Below, piece by piece: positions 1-11,400 of a stretch of 64,000 nt of DNA. The first letter of the stretch is position 1; each line of letters starts with the position of its first letter. The notes beneath the pieces were generated by a model that was given only the letters and a program-made list of their open reading frames with translations, searched no databases and had not been told where the DNA came from. The translations under genes were made by a program, and so were the position numbers. The stretch comes from a virus (lineage: Duplodnaviria; Caudoviricetes): the IMG/VR virus record IMGVR_UViG_3300011008_000026, positions 30,501-94,500 of that record, one strand, 5' to 3'.

Positions 1-3000
1 TTTGCACGGATGGCAAATTCACCTGTTGAAGAAATATCCAACTTTCCCTGAGAGGCGATATTGATAGTGCCGCCTTTCATGTTGATCTCGCCGCCGCTGA
101 TAATATTGATCTGAGCCGGATTTATAATAGGTGTATTTGGATCGCTCGGATCGACAGTTTCTTTTCCTGCTTTAATTTCAATCAGAGCATCTGTTGTTTT
201 AAGAGCTCCGGCAGGGCGGGAACCGTTTACAGTAGCAAATAGATTCAAAGCCTTGTTGCTGCTGATATCAAGCATTTGTCCAATGTTGGCTGACAGTTGT
301 GTGGTGGTAATAGTCCCGGCTTCAATTCGCTCGCCGGCCAAATAGCCTGTCGTAATGGAGTTTGCAACAATACCGTATCCCGTTGCACAGTTTTCCCATT
401 GCCACTGTCCGTCAAGGTTCTTGCTTGAAGCGATGCCGAACCCACGGCCGCCGAGAATCATGGCCGACAATCCGTCTGCTGATTCCAGAATAAAGTTCCC
501 TTTGCTGTCGTTGGACCAGTTTGAAGCGCCACTGTCCAGTTCATTTCTGGCTATCTCTATAGCTCCTGTAAGTTTCGCAGAGGGAAGAGAACCATCAGCA
601 TTGAACACTTCTACTCTGTCATACAGCTGTTGTTTTGACTTGGTTTCCTTTGCTACTTCGGCAATTCTGGAAAGCATGTCCGTAAACTCATGTCTGCTTG
701 AAAGAGTAAGTTTTGTATTTATCTCAAGAGTAGTTTCCCATGGCTTGTCGTAGCATTTGTTAATCTTGTCGATGTATGCCCAGCAGTTGATACCCGCTTC
801 CGGATCGACAAGATGAGCTGCGTCAGTAATGAGAACATCCGGCCAATCAACATCCTCTTCTTCGTAGAACTCAAGATCTTCGTTCGAACCATACGGGTCT
901 AAAAATGTGAATTCATACGTTGTTTCCGGCATGGATATTTCTTTTAGCATATCCATACTGTCCGCATACAGCCGGTCTGCGTCTCCTTCTACGTAGTTAG
1001 AATCCTGCCAGCGTCCATCCCGCAAGAGATCACCCAACACATTTGCCAGCTCAAGGTTGCGATCTTTGATGACATTTTGTGCGTTTTGAAGTGCCTTTAA
1101 CTGCACTCCATAGCAATTATCCGCAAGAGTAGCAAACTTTGAAATGAGATTGTTAATCCCAAGACGTTCTCCGCTTGCGGAAACCGATGCGAAAACAGTA
1201 TACACTTCATCTTTGTAGTAAAACTTGTTTGCGTAATTCGCAACCCGGAGGTAATAATACGAAGTAAAACTGGCAACAGACGAAACTATCCGAATATATT
1301 TTGTTTTTGCAGGAGTTGTAAATGTACCTGTTCTATTTCCGTTGGCTTCTGAAAGCACATAAGTATTTAAATATGTTTGATTGATATCATACGCAATACA
1401 AGAAGTCCCGGGCGGAGCACAATACTCATATATTGTGTTTTCGCGTGCTGTTATCAGTCCGGTTCGGTATTGGCCTGTACTTACTTCTGTGGTTTTGACA
1501 AGAAGGTTTTCACCCTTCGGTTCTGCTCCTTCAGCTTGCTCGGTCTCTTCGTTCATCTTGTAGAAATAAGTGTTGTTGAGACTGACTGTAGGAACATTTA
1601 TCCTGACATATCTGATGTTTTCAGGAATGATAATGCTGTCTTCCTTCCAATTGTCTTCTGTCAAAAATACGCGGTCGGTTGCTGCACCGCCGCTGTTGCA
1701 TAACAGACAATAGCTTTCAGCCGGAAGACGATACTTGTAGGTACTTCCTTCTTCCACAGCGATATTTGGCGTTTCAAAACGTCTGATAGAGTCTTCTTCT
1801 ACGCCCGTAAACAGATTAAGCGTGCCAGAAGTAAGAACCATATTCTGTTCAAACTCATTGCTTGAAGGATAAGTAACCGTATCGTAAGGAACAGCAGACG
1901 CCACCACCAGAGTATCGGGGTCATCCAACTCCTGATAAACATGTCCTTCTTTTGTATCAAGCTTAATAATTCCTGTGTTTTTCTGATCTGTAGTAAATGT
2001 GTAATAGAAAGCATAGTCTGTTTTAAACGCATAATTTCCAACCGGAAGTTCGCTGACTGTCGTCTGATAATATTCATACAGACCTTTATAAAGCATGTCT
2101 CTTCTGCGGCAATAATAATAAACACGAGTGAACATGGATGCCACTCTCAGGTCTGCCGCTGTTTCATACTTAACCCAGGAATTACTTTCACCGTGATATA
2201 ACACTTTTCCTCTGGCGTCAAAGTAATAAGCGCCATTGTAAACACTGGGTTTTATTCCGTTCTCGGTAATATAGACACGCTTCCAGTTTGTATCTCCTTT
2301 GGCCCCCCAGCAGAAATAGAGATCCCCAACTTTGTCAGCTGACTTATACCATTTGTAATACCAGCCATATGTATTAGCTACTGCATCAATATCAGGATCA
2401 AGAGTTCCTTCTATTTGAAAATACACCTGATGCTTCTCAGTTGTATTGAAGAGATTTTCAACAGAAGCTTCATCTTCAGCCGTTTTAGCTCCCAGCATAC
2501 CTGACATGCTGTTTGTAGCAAAGAGATAAAACTTGTCGCTGCTGCTGAAGGAAAGCCCCTTCGCCCAAACTGTGATCGCTCCCGGCCGAGAGTCATAGGA
2601 ATACACAAAATCTCCGGCTTCTCCGTTGCTGTTCAGGTAAATGTCGCCATCGTCGTTGTAGATATACCGAAGATAAGCCTTGTCCCATGTAATAGGGTTT
2701 GTATTGTGAACGATGTATATAAGGCTCCCGATTCCGGAAGTGGGTTCTCCGTCTGCACGAAGCTTCTTGGCGACATGCCATTGGAAGAACTTTCTCTCGG
2801 CTTCATCGTAGTCTGTCCTGTAAATAACGCCATCCGGATAAGTGGTAGACTTTTTAATGATCAGTTTGGAATATCCTTCTGCTTCTTCTTCGAATTCACC
2901 AGGATCTCTGTCGATTTGAAGAACATCCAACTTCAAAAATCCAGTATTGGATTGAGCCGTTTCGCTAAGCTGGTTTTCCAGTTCAATCATTTCAGCCGCA

Positions 3001-4220
3001 GCGTTTTCAGCATTTGTATAATAGCCCGGAAGATCTCTCTGGAATTTCGCCGTGGTCTGAAACATGGTATCCGTTAAAATGCCGGCTTCGTCATAATACT
3101 TTAAACTCAACAGGAACGGAAATTTATTTTCAACAACAGAGACTTCCGGCTCCGGCAAAGGAAGGTAAGACCCTGTTGGAACTTTGGTAAGTTTATAGGC
3201 TTTAGTTCGCCTGTTATTCCAGATGTATGATTTGGATGTAATGTCCAATTGGCTCCAGACGAGTGTATTTCCAACCGCAAGATCGGTAGCCTTAAAGAAA
3301 TAATCCGTACCATATTCGTCTTCAAATGTAAATTCCTGAATGAGCGCTCCGGTTTCTTCGTCTCTTTGGTTTACAATATCTTCAGTAACAGTGAAAGTAT
3401 ATTCAATGTGCTGACATTTCTGAATGGTTACGGTACCATTCTGATCCCCGTATGAACCATAAGCATACAGCCGGGTGGAAATGTTATCCGTATTCTGAAC
3501 CTTGCTGAGATTGTGGACATTCTTGTCATAGTGAAGCTCAAAGACATTCCCACTCTCCAGAATTTCTTCCGGAATCTCCCCGGCGTCAACTTCCTCAAAG
3601 GGATTCATCGGAAGAATGTCCACTGTTCTGGTATAGCCGTGATATATAGGCTTGGCTTCAAACAGATCACATAGTTTCTCAATCAGCCCAAGAACGCCCG
3701 TATTTGCGGAAGCAACAAGAGTTCTTTGCTTGATCTCGTCGCTGTTTTTCTCTTTGAATTCATAGACTTCACCCCTGCTCCAGCTGCTTCCTTCCAGAAT
3801 CGTGTCAAGAAGCATTTCAGCTGTACCGACATTATTCCCTTCTTCCGCAGAGAATTCAAGATCCAGATTCTTGTATTTCAAAATCTGTGAGTTGTGTCCG
3901 GCTCGGACTTCCCACAAATGTTCTTCATCGTTGTGGGTGATCTTCGGTTCAGAGATCAGATAATAGTCCGTTTCATAATCGTCGATTGTTCGGAGAAGAT
4001 AATCTCCTTTTAAATAGTCAATTCGATAATTTCGCTCTTCTTCCATTTCATCCGTATAACATACCGACGGAATGGAAAAGTTCAGTTCTTTCCAGCCGTT
4101 GCGTTCCGTTACTCCAAACACATTAAACGCACCGCCGGAAAGATCATGTTCGCTGTCGTATAAATTGCATAGCAATGCGCCGCTGTAATCGCATACGTCT
4201 ACCTTTAAAATTCGCTTCAC
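1..4220 (-). CDS. Large tail tip / minor tail structural protein (runs off the window, >1400 aa)
   Basis: GTG at 4220 after RBS AAAGGTGGTG; starts MKRILKVDVCDYSGALLCNLYDSEH; the same frame is open at the window edge (IASQGKLDISSTGEFAIRA). Absent from the ORF track, consistent with having no stop in the window. Lies directly after Dit. Confidence 0.8.
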   Translation of the reverse strand, partial: MKRILKVDVCDYSGALLCNLYDSEHDLSGGAFNVFGVTERNGWKELNFSIPSVCYTDEMEEERNYRIDYLKGDYLLRTIDDYETDYYLISEPKITHNDEEHLWEVRAGHNSQILKYKNLDLEFSAEEGNNVGTAEMLLDTILEGSSWSRGEVYEFKEKNSDEIKQRTLVASANTGVLGLIEKLCDLFEAKPIYHGYTRTVDILPMNPFEEVDAGEIPEEILESGNVFELHYDKNVHNLSKVQNTDNISTRLYAYGSYGDQNGTVTIQKCQHIEYTFTVTEDIVNQRDEETGALIQEFTFEDEYGTDYFFKATDLAVGNTLVWSQLDITSKSYIWNNRRTKAYKLTKVPTGSYLPLPEPEVSVVENKFPFLLSLKYYDEAGILTDTMFQTTAKFQRDLPGYYTNAENAAAEMIELENQLSETAQSNTGFLKLDVLQIDRDPGEFEEEAEGYSKLIIKKSTTYPDGVIYRTDYDEAERKFFQWHVAKKLRADGEPTSGIGSLIYIVHNTNPITWDKAYLRYIYNDDGDIYLNSNGEAGDFVYSYDSRPGAITVWAKGLSFSSSDKFYLFATNSMSGMLGAKTAEDEASVENLFNTTEKHQVYFQIEGTLDPDIDAVANTYGWYYKWYKSADKVGDLYFCWGAKGDTNWKRVYITENGIKPSVYNGAYYFDARGKVLYHGESNSWVKYETAADLRVASMFTRVYYYCRRRDMLYKGLYEYYQTTVSELPVGNYAFKTDYAFYYTFTTDQKNTGIIKLDTKEGHVYQELDDPDTLVVASAVPYDTVTYPSSNEFEQNMVLTSGTLNLFTGVEEDSIRRFETPNIAVEEGSTYKYRLPAESYCLLCNSGGAATDRVFLTEDNWKEDSIIIPENIRYVRINVPTVSLNNTYFYKMNEETEQAEGAEPKGENLLVKTTEVSTGQYRTGLITARENTIYEYCAPPGTSCIAYDINQTYLNTYVLSEANGNRTGTFTTPAKTKYIRIVSSVASFTSYYYLRVANYANKFYYKDEVYTVFASVSASGERLGINNLISKFATLADNCYGVQLKALQNAQNVIKDRNLELANVLGDLLRDGRWQDSNYVEGDADRLYADSMDMLKEISMPETTYEFTFLDPYGSNEDLEFYEEEDVDWPDVLITDAAHLVDPEAGINCWAYIDKINKCYDKPWETTLEINTKLTLSSRHEFTDMLSRIAEVAKETKSKQQLYDRVEVFNADGSLPSAKLTGAIEIARNELDSGASNWSNDSKGNFILESADGLSAMILGGRGFGIASSKNLDGQWQWENCATGYGIVANSITTGYLAGERIEAGTITTTQLSANIGQMLDISSNKALNLFATVNGSRPAGALKTTDALIEIKAGKETVDPSDPNTPIINPAQINIISGGEINMKGGTINIASQGKLDISSTGEFAIRA

Positions 4221-4236
4221 CTTTTGATCACCACCT

Positions 4237-5340
4237 TTAAGCGAATGTCGGGCTGTAAATAAACTTCAACGAATATAGATACATGCTTGTATCCGGTATG
4301 ATTTCGAGCTCATTCATTTTCATGATTGTAGTTCTTTCACTGCCGCTCGATGAAAGCGCATATTCTTCAGCGAGAGTCAGCGTATGTTCATCCGTCTGAT
4401 TTTCGATCTTTCGCCATTCGTTGTTGAGAAATATATATTCTCCTGTATAATCCTGATAAAGAATATTAGCAACGTCAACAGTTGTGCCGTTATAAGTGGT
4501 ATATATTTCACGGGTGCTCGGGAAAGCAGGATCAAGCGTAATAAAACCCTGATCGTGAAATAAGGAGGCTAACTGAGAAGATGTGCCGTCGTTGCTTCTG
4601 AGCATTGTTTTCCCGCTGATTCCATCAAGATATACATATTTATTCTGCTGGCGGGTATTGTTGGCTGTAATTGCAACAAATCTGCAGAAGGTGTTGTTTG
4701 TTTTATTTTTTATCGTCACACCGTTGCCAACCGATCCGGAAAGTGAAATGCTTAAAGGAGCTTTTTCTGTTCCGGGGTTTGCTAAGATAATGGTTCTGCC
4801 TGTTCCTATATTGGTATATTCCGATACCGGTTTCATTCCGTCTTTATCAAAGAGCGCAGTATTTTGCATGACTTCAAAATAATGATCCCGTGTATTGGAA
4901 TATGTAAACTTATTTTTATCAACAACATTCCAATCTGCATTGTTCAGCCTTCCGTAAGGGTACATGGCTCTCAGCGTAATCGTAATAAGCCCGCTGAGAT
5001 AAGTAATCCCGCCGGAATCATCTATGTCAACGACAGTAGCATTATAGTAGATCCACGGCCGCCGTTGGAATACCAGCCTGCCGCTTTTGCCAATCTTGAA
5101 CAGCGCATAGAATTTTGCCATTAATCCACGATCAATCTGTTTCTCATAAAAACATCTCAGTTTAAACTCCTTGGGTTCTTTCCATGCACCGTAAAAATAT
5201 CCACCGTTATGCCCGTCGTAAGTTTCTTCATGTGTATTGGATCTCGAAGGTTTATAAACATAAGTATCTTCAATCTCAGGAGCGTACTCAATTCCGAGAT
5301 CTCCAATATCAACACCGCAAAATGTAAAACCGCCTTTCAT
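4237..5340 (-). CDS. Distal tail protein (Dit-like)
   Basis: ATG 5340 after RBS AAGGAGGTG; N-terminus MKGGFTFCGVDIGDLGI...ETYDGHNGGYFYG is typical of Dit; located right after the TMP. Confidence 0.75.
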   Translation of the reverse strand: MKGGFTFCGVDIGDLGIEYAPEIEDTYVYKPSRSNTHEETYDGHNGGYFYGAWKEPKEFKLRCFYEKQIDRGLMAKFYALFKIGKSGRLVFQRRPWIYYNATVVDIDDSGGITYLSGLITITLRAMYPYGRLNNADWNVVDKNKFTYSNTRDHYFEVMQNTALFDKDGMKPVSEYTNIGTGRTIILANPGTEKAPLSISLSGSVGNGVTIKNKTNNTFCRFVAITANNTRQQNKYVYLDGISGKTMLRSNDGTSSQLASLFHDQGFITLDPAFPSTREIYTTYNGTTVDVANILYQDYTGEYIFLNNEWRKIENQTDEHTLTLAEEYALSSSGSERTTIMKMNELEIIPDTSMYLYSLKFIYSPTFA

Positions 5341-5423
5341 CTGAGCACCTCCTTTTGTAAATAGGGTAGAGGAGGAGGGGCCGTCAGGAGCCCCTCCTCC
5401 GAATAAATAACCGGAAAGTAATC

Positions 5424-5458
5424 CTCTCTCCATTATGGTGTTTTTCGAATGGAGAGAA
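5424..5458 (-). promoter_or_regulatory. Phage-specific promoter-like motif copy 1
   Basis: TTCTCTCCATTCGAAAAACACCATAATGGAGAGAG upstream of Dit; one of 7 copies. Confidence 0.65.
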
Positions 5459-5479
5459 AACTAAATCTAATCGAATCGT

Positions 5480-8400
5480 TTAAAAAGCTAATGCACCCAT
5501 ATTGAAACCTCTGGTAGAAATTTCTTTCTGGAACTGCTTTCCAACCTTCTTTGCGACCGCTCTGATATCTTCATCCGTATTCAGATTGGCCTGAGTAACA
5601 TTTATAATCACGTCTCCGATACTCTGGTTGTAAGTTTGCCCAAGGCTTTCCGGATTCTGCAAGGACATCAACTGAATGTTGATCGAGTTAAGGTAGTCGT
5701 TTAAATCAGCGCTATAATCTTTAATCGCAGTAAGATCGATACTCATCTGATCCATATAGAAGCCAAGCATGTCATAGGTGTCTTGAGCAATCATAAACTC
5801 GGGATCGCCAAGCATTGAAAGTTTAGACGATGAAATGGTACTTGTTTCTCCCGCTTCGTCTATCCCATCAAGAAGTGTCCGTATTAATCTTGTGTCTCCG
5901 GAGCTGAGAAACGCTTCCGGATTTGTTTTCGTTCCGTCAACCCAAGCAGGGCCTGTGAAATCAACTAAGCCACCTTTTTTATAAACTGACATACCTTTCT
6001 TTGCAGTGGTAACCATAGGTGTTACACTTGCGGTAGCTTCATCGGATGTATACCCCTGCTTTTTCAGCAATGAAACTGTAGATGACTTCAAACTATCGAG
6101 ACTTGCGTTCGCTGCATTTTGAGCTTCTGTTTTCGTTTTGAAACCCTTGTTACTGTATGTCCGACCATCAAAAGAGAACGAATAACCATGTTCATCATTT
6201 GTGGTGGTGGTATTAGTGCTTTTATTTCCAGAAGAGCCACTATAACTGGACGAACTTCCGTTTACGTTTATGGTAATTACCGGAACGGAAGTTGTCTCAG
6301 CAGACGCGTTAACATTGTTTGCAAAGTCTGCGGCATAGCTGCCGATAACATGGCTGTACTCATCGTACGGATCGTAGTTCTGAAGTTCAGGATCAACCTG
6401 TTTGGTGCGCTCATAATAATACTTGACTTCACTTGTGTAAAGACCAGTGTCGTATCCTGTACCATTGGCAATTTCTACTTTGTAGGTATAATCCTTCAAA
6501 TCTTCCAGTTTCTCTACGATCTCGTGATTATCAGTCCACTCGGCGTCGTTCTTAGTAGAAGCTTCGAAGTCGTCATACAGTTTTTCCCAATAGGAAATAA
6601 GCGCTTTCTGACCGGCTTCAGAGGCAATCTGATATTCCTGACTCTCTTTCATGAACGCAATAAAGGATTCCTGCGAACGCATTTCTTTGTCAACCTGATC
6701 CCAGTAGGTCTGGACATAACCTTTCATATTATCCCAGGTGTCGCTCCAGCCCTGCTCCATTTGTTTCCGGCTTTCTTCCGATGCGTTTTTATAGGCTTCA
6801 TTATATTGCTTCATCCAGTTCAGGTAATCTTCGAATGACCCGCTCATGATCTTGGAAAGCTCTTCAGAGAAGTTGTTGGAATTTTCCAGCATCTCATTCA
6901 GATCTTCCTCGTAGGCTTCTTCATAGTTGCCGATAGCTTCAATCTGATCGTCTATAATCTGAATAGCGGTATCAGCTTCCTGCTGGGCAATATCCCAGGA
7001 TATCTCCTTTTGAAGATCCGCGATCTGCCTGCGAAGCTCTTTAGCATCCTTTGTACGGGTAGAGTCAGCGGAAATTACGGCAAGCTGACGCTGTAACTCA
7101 GCCAGTTCTTCATACTTATCCGCTTCGTCAATAGCCGACTTCCGGGCATTTAATCTTTCGTTAATCAGACTCTTCTCCTGATTTAACGCTTGCTTCTTCT
7201 TCTCCAGATCTTTCTTCAGTAGCAATTTACGTTAGCACTATTAGGTTGTCATCCTCCGTGCTGTTACACAACAAATTTCCAATGATATCCTCCTGCCGAT
7301 TTTCTTCTTCCTTCGGCGACGGCTTGAATATTTAAGTTTCCCGGCATTGCTTTATTGGCTTCCGTACAACTCGAATAAATTACACCTGTTTCAACGCACA
7401 TAACTGGTCTTGAAACTGCTTTCTTTATCTTTTCTATATGTTCTTCAGATATTGTATGGCCCATATGTGATTTGCTGATTTTTTTTCTCTATACTCTTTA
7501 CTGGATCGTAATCTTCGATATTCGGCGTAAAAGACTGGGTCTTGGAACTGCTTTAATGTTTGCTCTCTTCTTGCTTTTCTGGACTCTTCTTTTTGCAATG
7601 CTTCTTTTACATGCTCAAAGCGGATTTTTGCCTTCTCTGGATTTTCACGATAATGTTTCTTTAGAGACTCGCTTTTCATTTTTGAGTACTCTTCATTGCA
7701 AACCAGCGCCCCATCTCCACCGCAAGTCCAATTATACCCTTTGGCTGAATCCGTAGTATTATAAAGCGCAATATAATATATTTCACGATCATTTATAACA
7801 TCCGGAGTACAAAGCTCTACGATCTCAAATCTAAAGCTATCAGGGCCATATTTATCCCATGCGTTTTGTAAATGCATATTATTATGAATACCTTTTTTTA
7901 ATTTCCAAATATGTAATGCCCATCTTGCTTGAATATCAATTGATCTTCCAATATATCGTTTCCCGTTTACCAAGTTTGTAATAGAATAGACACCGCATTG
8001 CTTCATTGCAATTACTCCTTTTCGTTGTGTAACTCTCATACTTTCGCATGAGTTCAGACTATATCTTACGCACATAAAGTGCGCACCAACCGCTTCGGCA
8101 GAGTGACGAGTTCTGCCTACTCCCAAAGGGGATAGTCGTTGAACCTTACTCTCCATTATGCGTATTTTCGAATGCGCGAATAATGAGGGAGTCTTGGCTG
8201 CTGATTGCCCATTCTAATGCTTGTTATTTTTAAGCGTTCACGTTTGCCTTTTCAGACTGCGTTGTAGCTAGCAAGCCTTTAGGGTGTTCCAGCAATTCGA
8301 TTGGTAGGGCCCTACTGTTTGAGCCCACTCATTCTTATATCTGGTTCGAATAACATCAAGCATTGAATCCTGAGCCGAGACCGTCGCTGACAGCATTTCT

Positions 8401-11400
8401 TTCTCCAGCTTAATCCGGTTCTTAATTTCTTTATCGATTGCGTTTTCAACCGAAGTCCTGGCTTTGATAATATTATCCGCGTTTGTTTTGATCGCCTGAT
8501 TGTTCTTCTCAATCGCATTGTTAACAGAAGAATATTCTTCTTCCATACTCATGATCTTTTGATTGATCTCATCGTATATGGCAGAACCCGGCTCGACTGT
8601 TTTAAGCTGTTCTTGCAGCCGTTCGATTGTCTCTTCGATAGCCTTGGCTCTTTTCTCCTGAAGCTCTGTTTCGATGTTCAGCATCGTCCCGTAGTTTGTA
8701 AGTTCTCCGGAATTCTGATACTTTGTCTCTTCATACTGAACAAGTTTGATCTGATGCTTTGTAAGATCATCCTGATCTGTAAAATCATCCAGAATGCTCT
8801 GGAATTCAGCTTCCTGAATTTCCTGAACAAGATCATCGTAGGAATTCTGTGTCTGCAACAGGGTTTCCCGAAGACTCATAATCTCAGACTTCAAGGTCTT
8901 CCATTGCGTACTGCCTTCCGTGACACTGCCATCAGTCAGCTTCTCTTCCATTTCAGCGAGACTATCACTTGTTACACCAATGCTTCTGGCCGTAATATCC
9001 AGCTCTTCGTTAAGCATGTTGATGTAATTCGTGTTGTCATTCTGGTTTTTATATCCGGTCGCAGTCAGTTGCGCCATCTTAAGCTCGTGCTCAACATCAG
9101 CAGACTTCTCGTTGTATTTCGTGGTTAACTCCGAAACGATAGACTCTTCAATGGCTTGATCGTTTTCCTGTATTGCCAGAGTTGCAGAAGCAATTGCTTC
9201 TTCGTATTCATAGATTGCGTCACGAGCAGAATACCACGCAGAAGTACCTTCTTCCAGCGAACTCATCTCTTTTTTCATCTCATTCATAGCGTCGCTATAA
9301 AGAGATATCTGAGCGCTGTAATAATCGTTTTGATCGCTTAGCGTGTCACGGTATAAGCCCCACTGTTCTCCGTTTTGATATATGTTCCCCCATGTAGAGA
9401 GCATATTTTGTTCGTGAGTAAGCGGGTCCATCTGGTTTGTCAGATCTGTAGCAATTTGCGAAACGATCGCAGAATTTAACGCTTCCGTATCTTCCAGAGC
9501 CTGATTTTCAAGCTGAGCGTTTTCTTCTTTCAGAGCCCAGATCTTATCCCGGACATCCATCCAGTTCTTGGTACCTTCTTCGTACGTACCGATCAGGTCT
9601 TCCCATTCTTCGAGCTGAGCATTGTTGGTCGCAATATCATTTTGATAGTTTGAAATCTGAAAGCGTGTTGCGACAACATAGCTTTCAAAGTCATTTTGAT
9701 CAAGATAGTTCTGTGCCTTCAGCTGCAACATGGTAGAAGCATGCTGGATAGGGGCATCTTCGTTTGCCTGTTTTGCGGCTACAACAGAGATTTTCTTTCC
9801 GTTGACTTCATCAATGGTATTGGCAACGTCTGCCATAGACTCGTTTGCGGAGTCAATAGCTTCCTGAAGCTTGTACCATTCTGTGGAACCTTCTTCTGTT
9901 GCGTTTCTTTGTGCTACAAGAGCTTCGATATTTGCGTTATATTGATTCCAGAGATTCTGTTGAGCGTCTATTTCCTTATCAATAGCATTAATGTATCCCT
10001 GATAATCATTGGCGCGCTCGTAGTAAGTCTCTTCAGACTGGGCCATGTTTACAAAATGCTGATAGCGTTTAATGTAATGGCTTTGTCCTTCAATCAAAGA
10101 ATCTGCCGCAGAAGTATTGTTCGAGTTTTTATTAGCTTTGGAAGAATCTCGACGAGGCGTATAATTGCTATTTGTTCCAACAACTCTTGGCTTAACAGAA
10201 GTAATTGTGCCGTCTCCGTTTGAGTAAATGTCCCAAAGAATGTCCAATCCCATCTCTTCGGCCATTTCAATCATCTTCTGTTTGTCTTCAGTCAATCGCT
10301 CCCAGAACAGATCTTTAATCTGCTGAGTATCCATCGTAAAAGTGCCGGACGTTACCGAAACATCAACGCCATCTATAATGAGGGGATTTTCACGAACGTA
10401 ATTGGTTAGTATGTCGTTGATGTTTCCGAATGCGCTCTGGAAATCTTCGGTAAGAGCCTCAAGCTGGGCATCTCTATCCTTCTTTGCGGCGTCAAGCATT
10501 TCATCTTGTTTTGTTTTAACGTCATTCTTATAATCATATCCAAGAGAGTTGAAGTAATTCTTGGTTTCTTCATCTACTCTCTTTCCGCTCTCGAACTGTT
10601 TTCGGGAATATTCATCATTGGAGAAATTCTTCATCGAAGTTCTGAGCTTTTTAATTGCTTCGTTTTGATCTGAAACAGTACGATTTGCATTCTTTGTTCG
10701 ATTGATGATAGCTTCAGTTTGTTCTCCCCATGGTTTATAAATTTCTATAAGACCGTCCCGAATATTCTCGTTTAAGTTTTTGATCGTTTCTCCGGTTCCA
10801 TTTAATGTGCCGTTAAGGTCTTTTGAAAGTTCATCGACTTCTTCAAATTGGCCTATCCAATCTTTAAAAGCAGGATCGTCGCCCATCAGGCTTTGCAGTT
10901 CATCGACATTAAGCCCGCCATTGCTGTTTAAAAGATTATTGTATTTTTGATATTGTAATTCATAATTTTGATCTTGCGTAAGTGCGGCTGCGGACGACAG
11001 TTGTTTGAGCGAATTAACCTGCTCTTTTCCAAACTTGTCGTTGTTTGCTTCGGCTTGCTGGAATATATTGGCAACATCAGTATTGCGGTTCAAGAACTTA
11101 GCCCATTCTTCTTCGGTGAAAATAGCTCCTTTATGAGTTCCAACGTACTGTCTGAGCCAAGCTTCTCGTGACATGTCTTCGGTTACGGTGTTGGCAATTT
11201 GATCTATTGACGCAGCGTCCTTAACTGTTTTTGTCCATGTTCCATATTTGTCAATCGCATCTTCCGGAGTTAAGGTTTCTGACCCGCTCTCTAAGGCGTC
11301 AATTATTCCTTGAATCTTTTCTTTTGCGGCGTCATCAAGACCTTCTGACGCTGTTTTGAGTTCTTCAATGAAAGAAGGCCAGTTTTCTTCTTTTAATTCG

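Larger units (their letters stand above)
7223..8321 (-). mobile_element. Group I intron in the TMP gene (1099 nt) with a GIY-YIG ORF
   Basis: Core elements AATTGCTGGAA, AATCAGCAGCC, GTTCAACGACTA, AAGATATAGTCT; P1 GGGCU/GGCCC with U.G at the 5' splice site; IGS CAGTAG pairs with 3' exon CTACTG; terminal G at 7223. Confidence 0.9.

Noticed and set aside
5480-7225. 581-aa ORF as an independent gene
   Set aside because: Its TTG overlaps the intron 3' end and has no RBS; better explained as TMP exon 2
8007-8156. N-terminal extensions in the ORF track (8156, 28927, 5433, 27801, 43354 starts)
   Set aside because: They run through intron core, promoter or terminator sequence; downstream ATGs have clear RBSs
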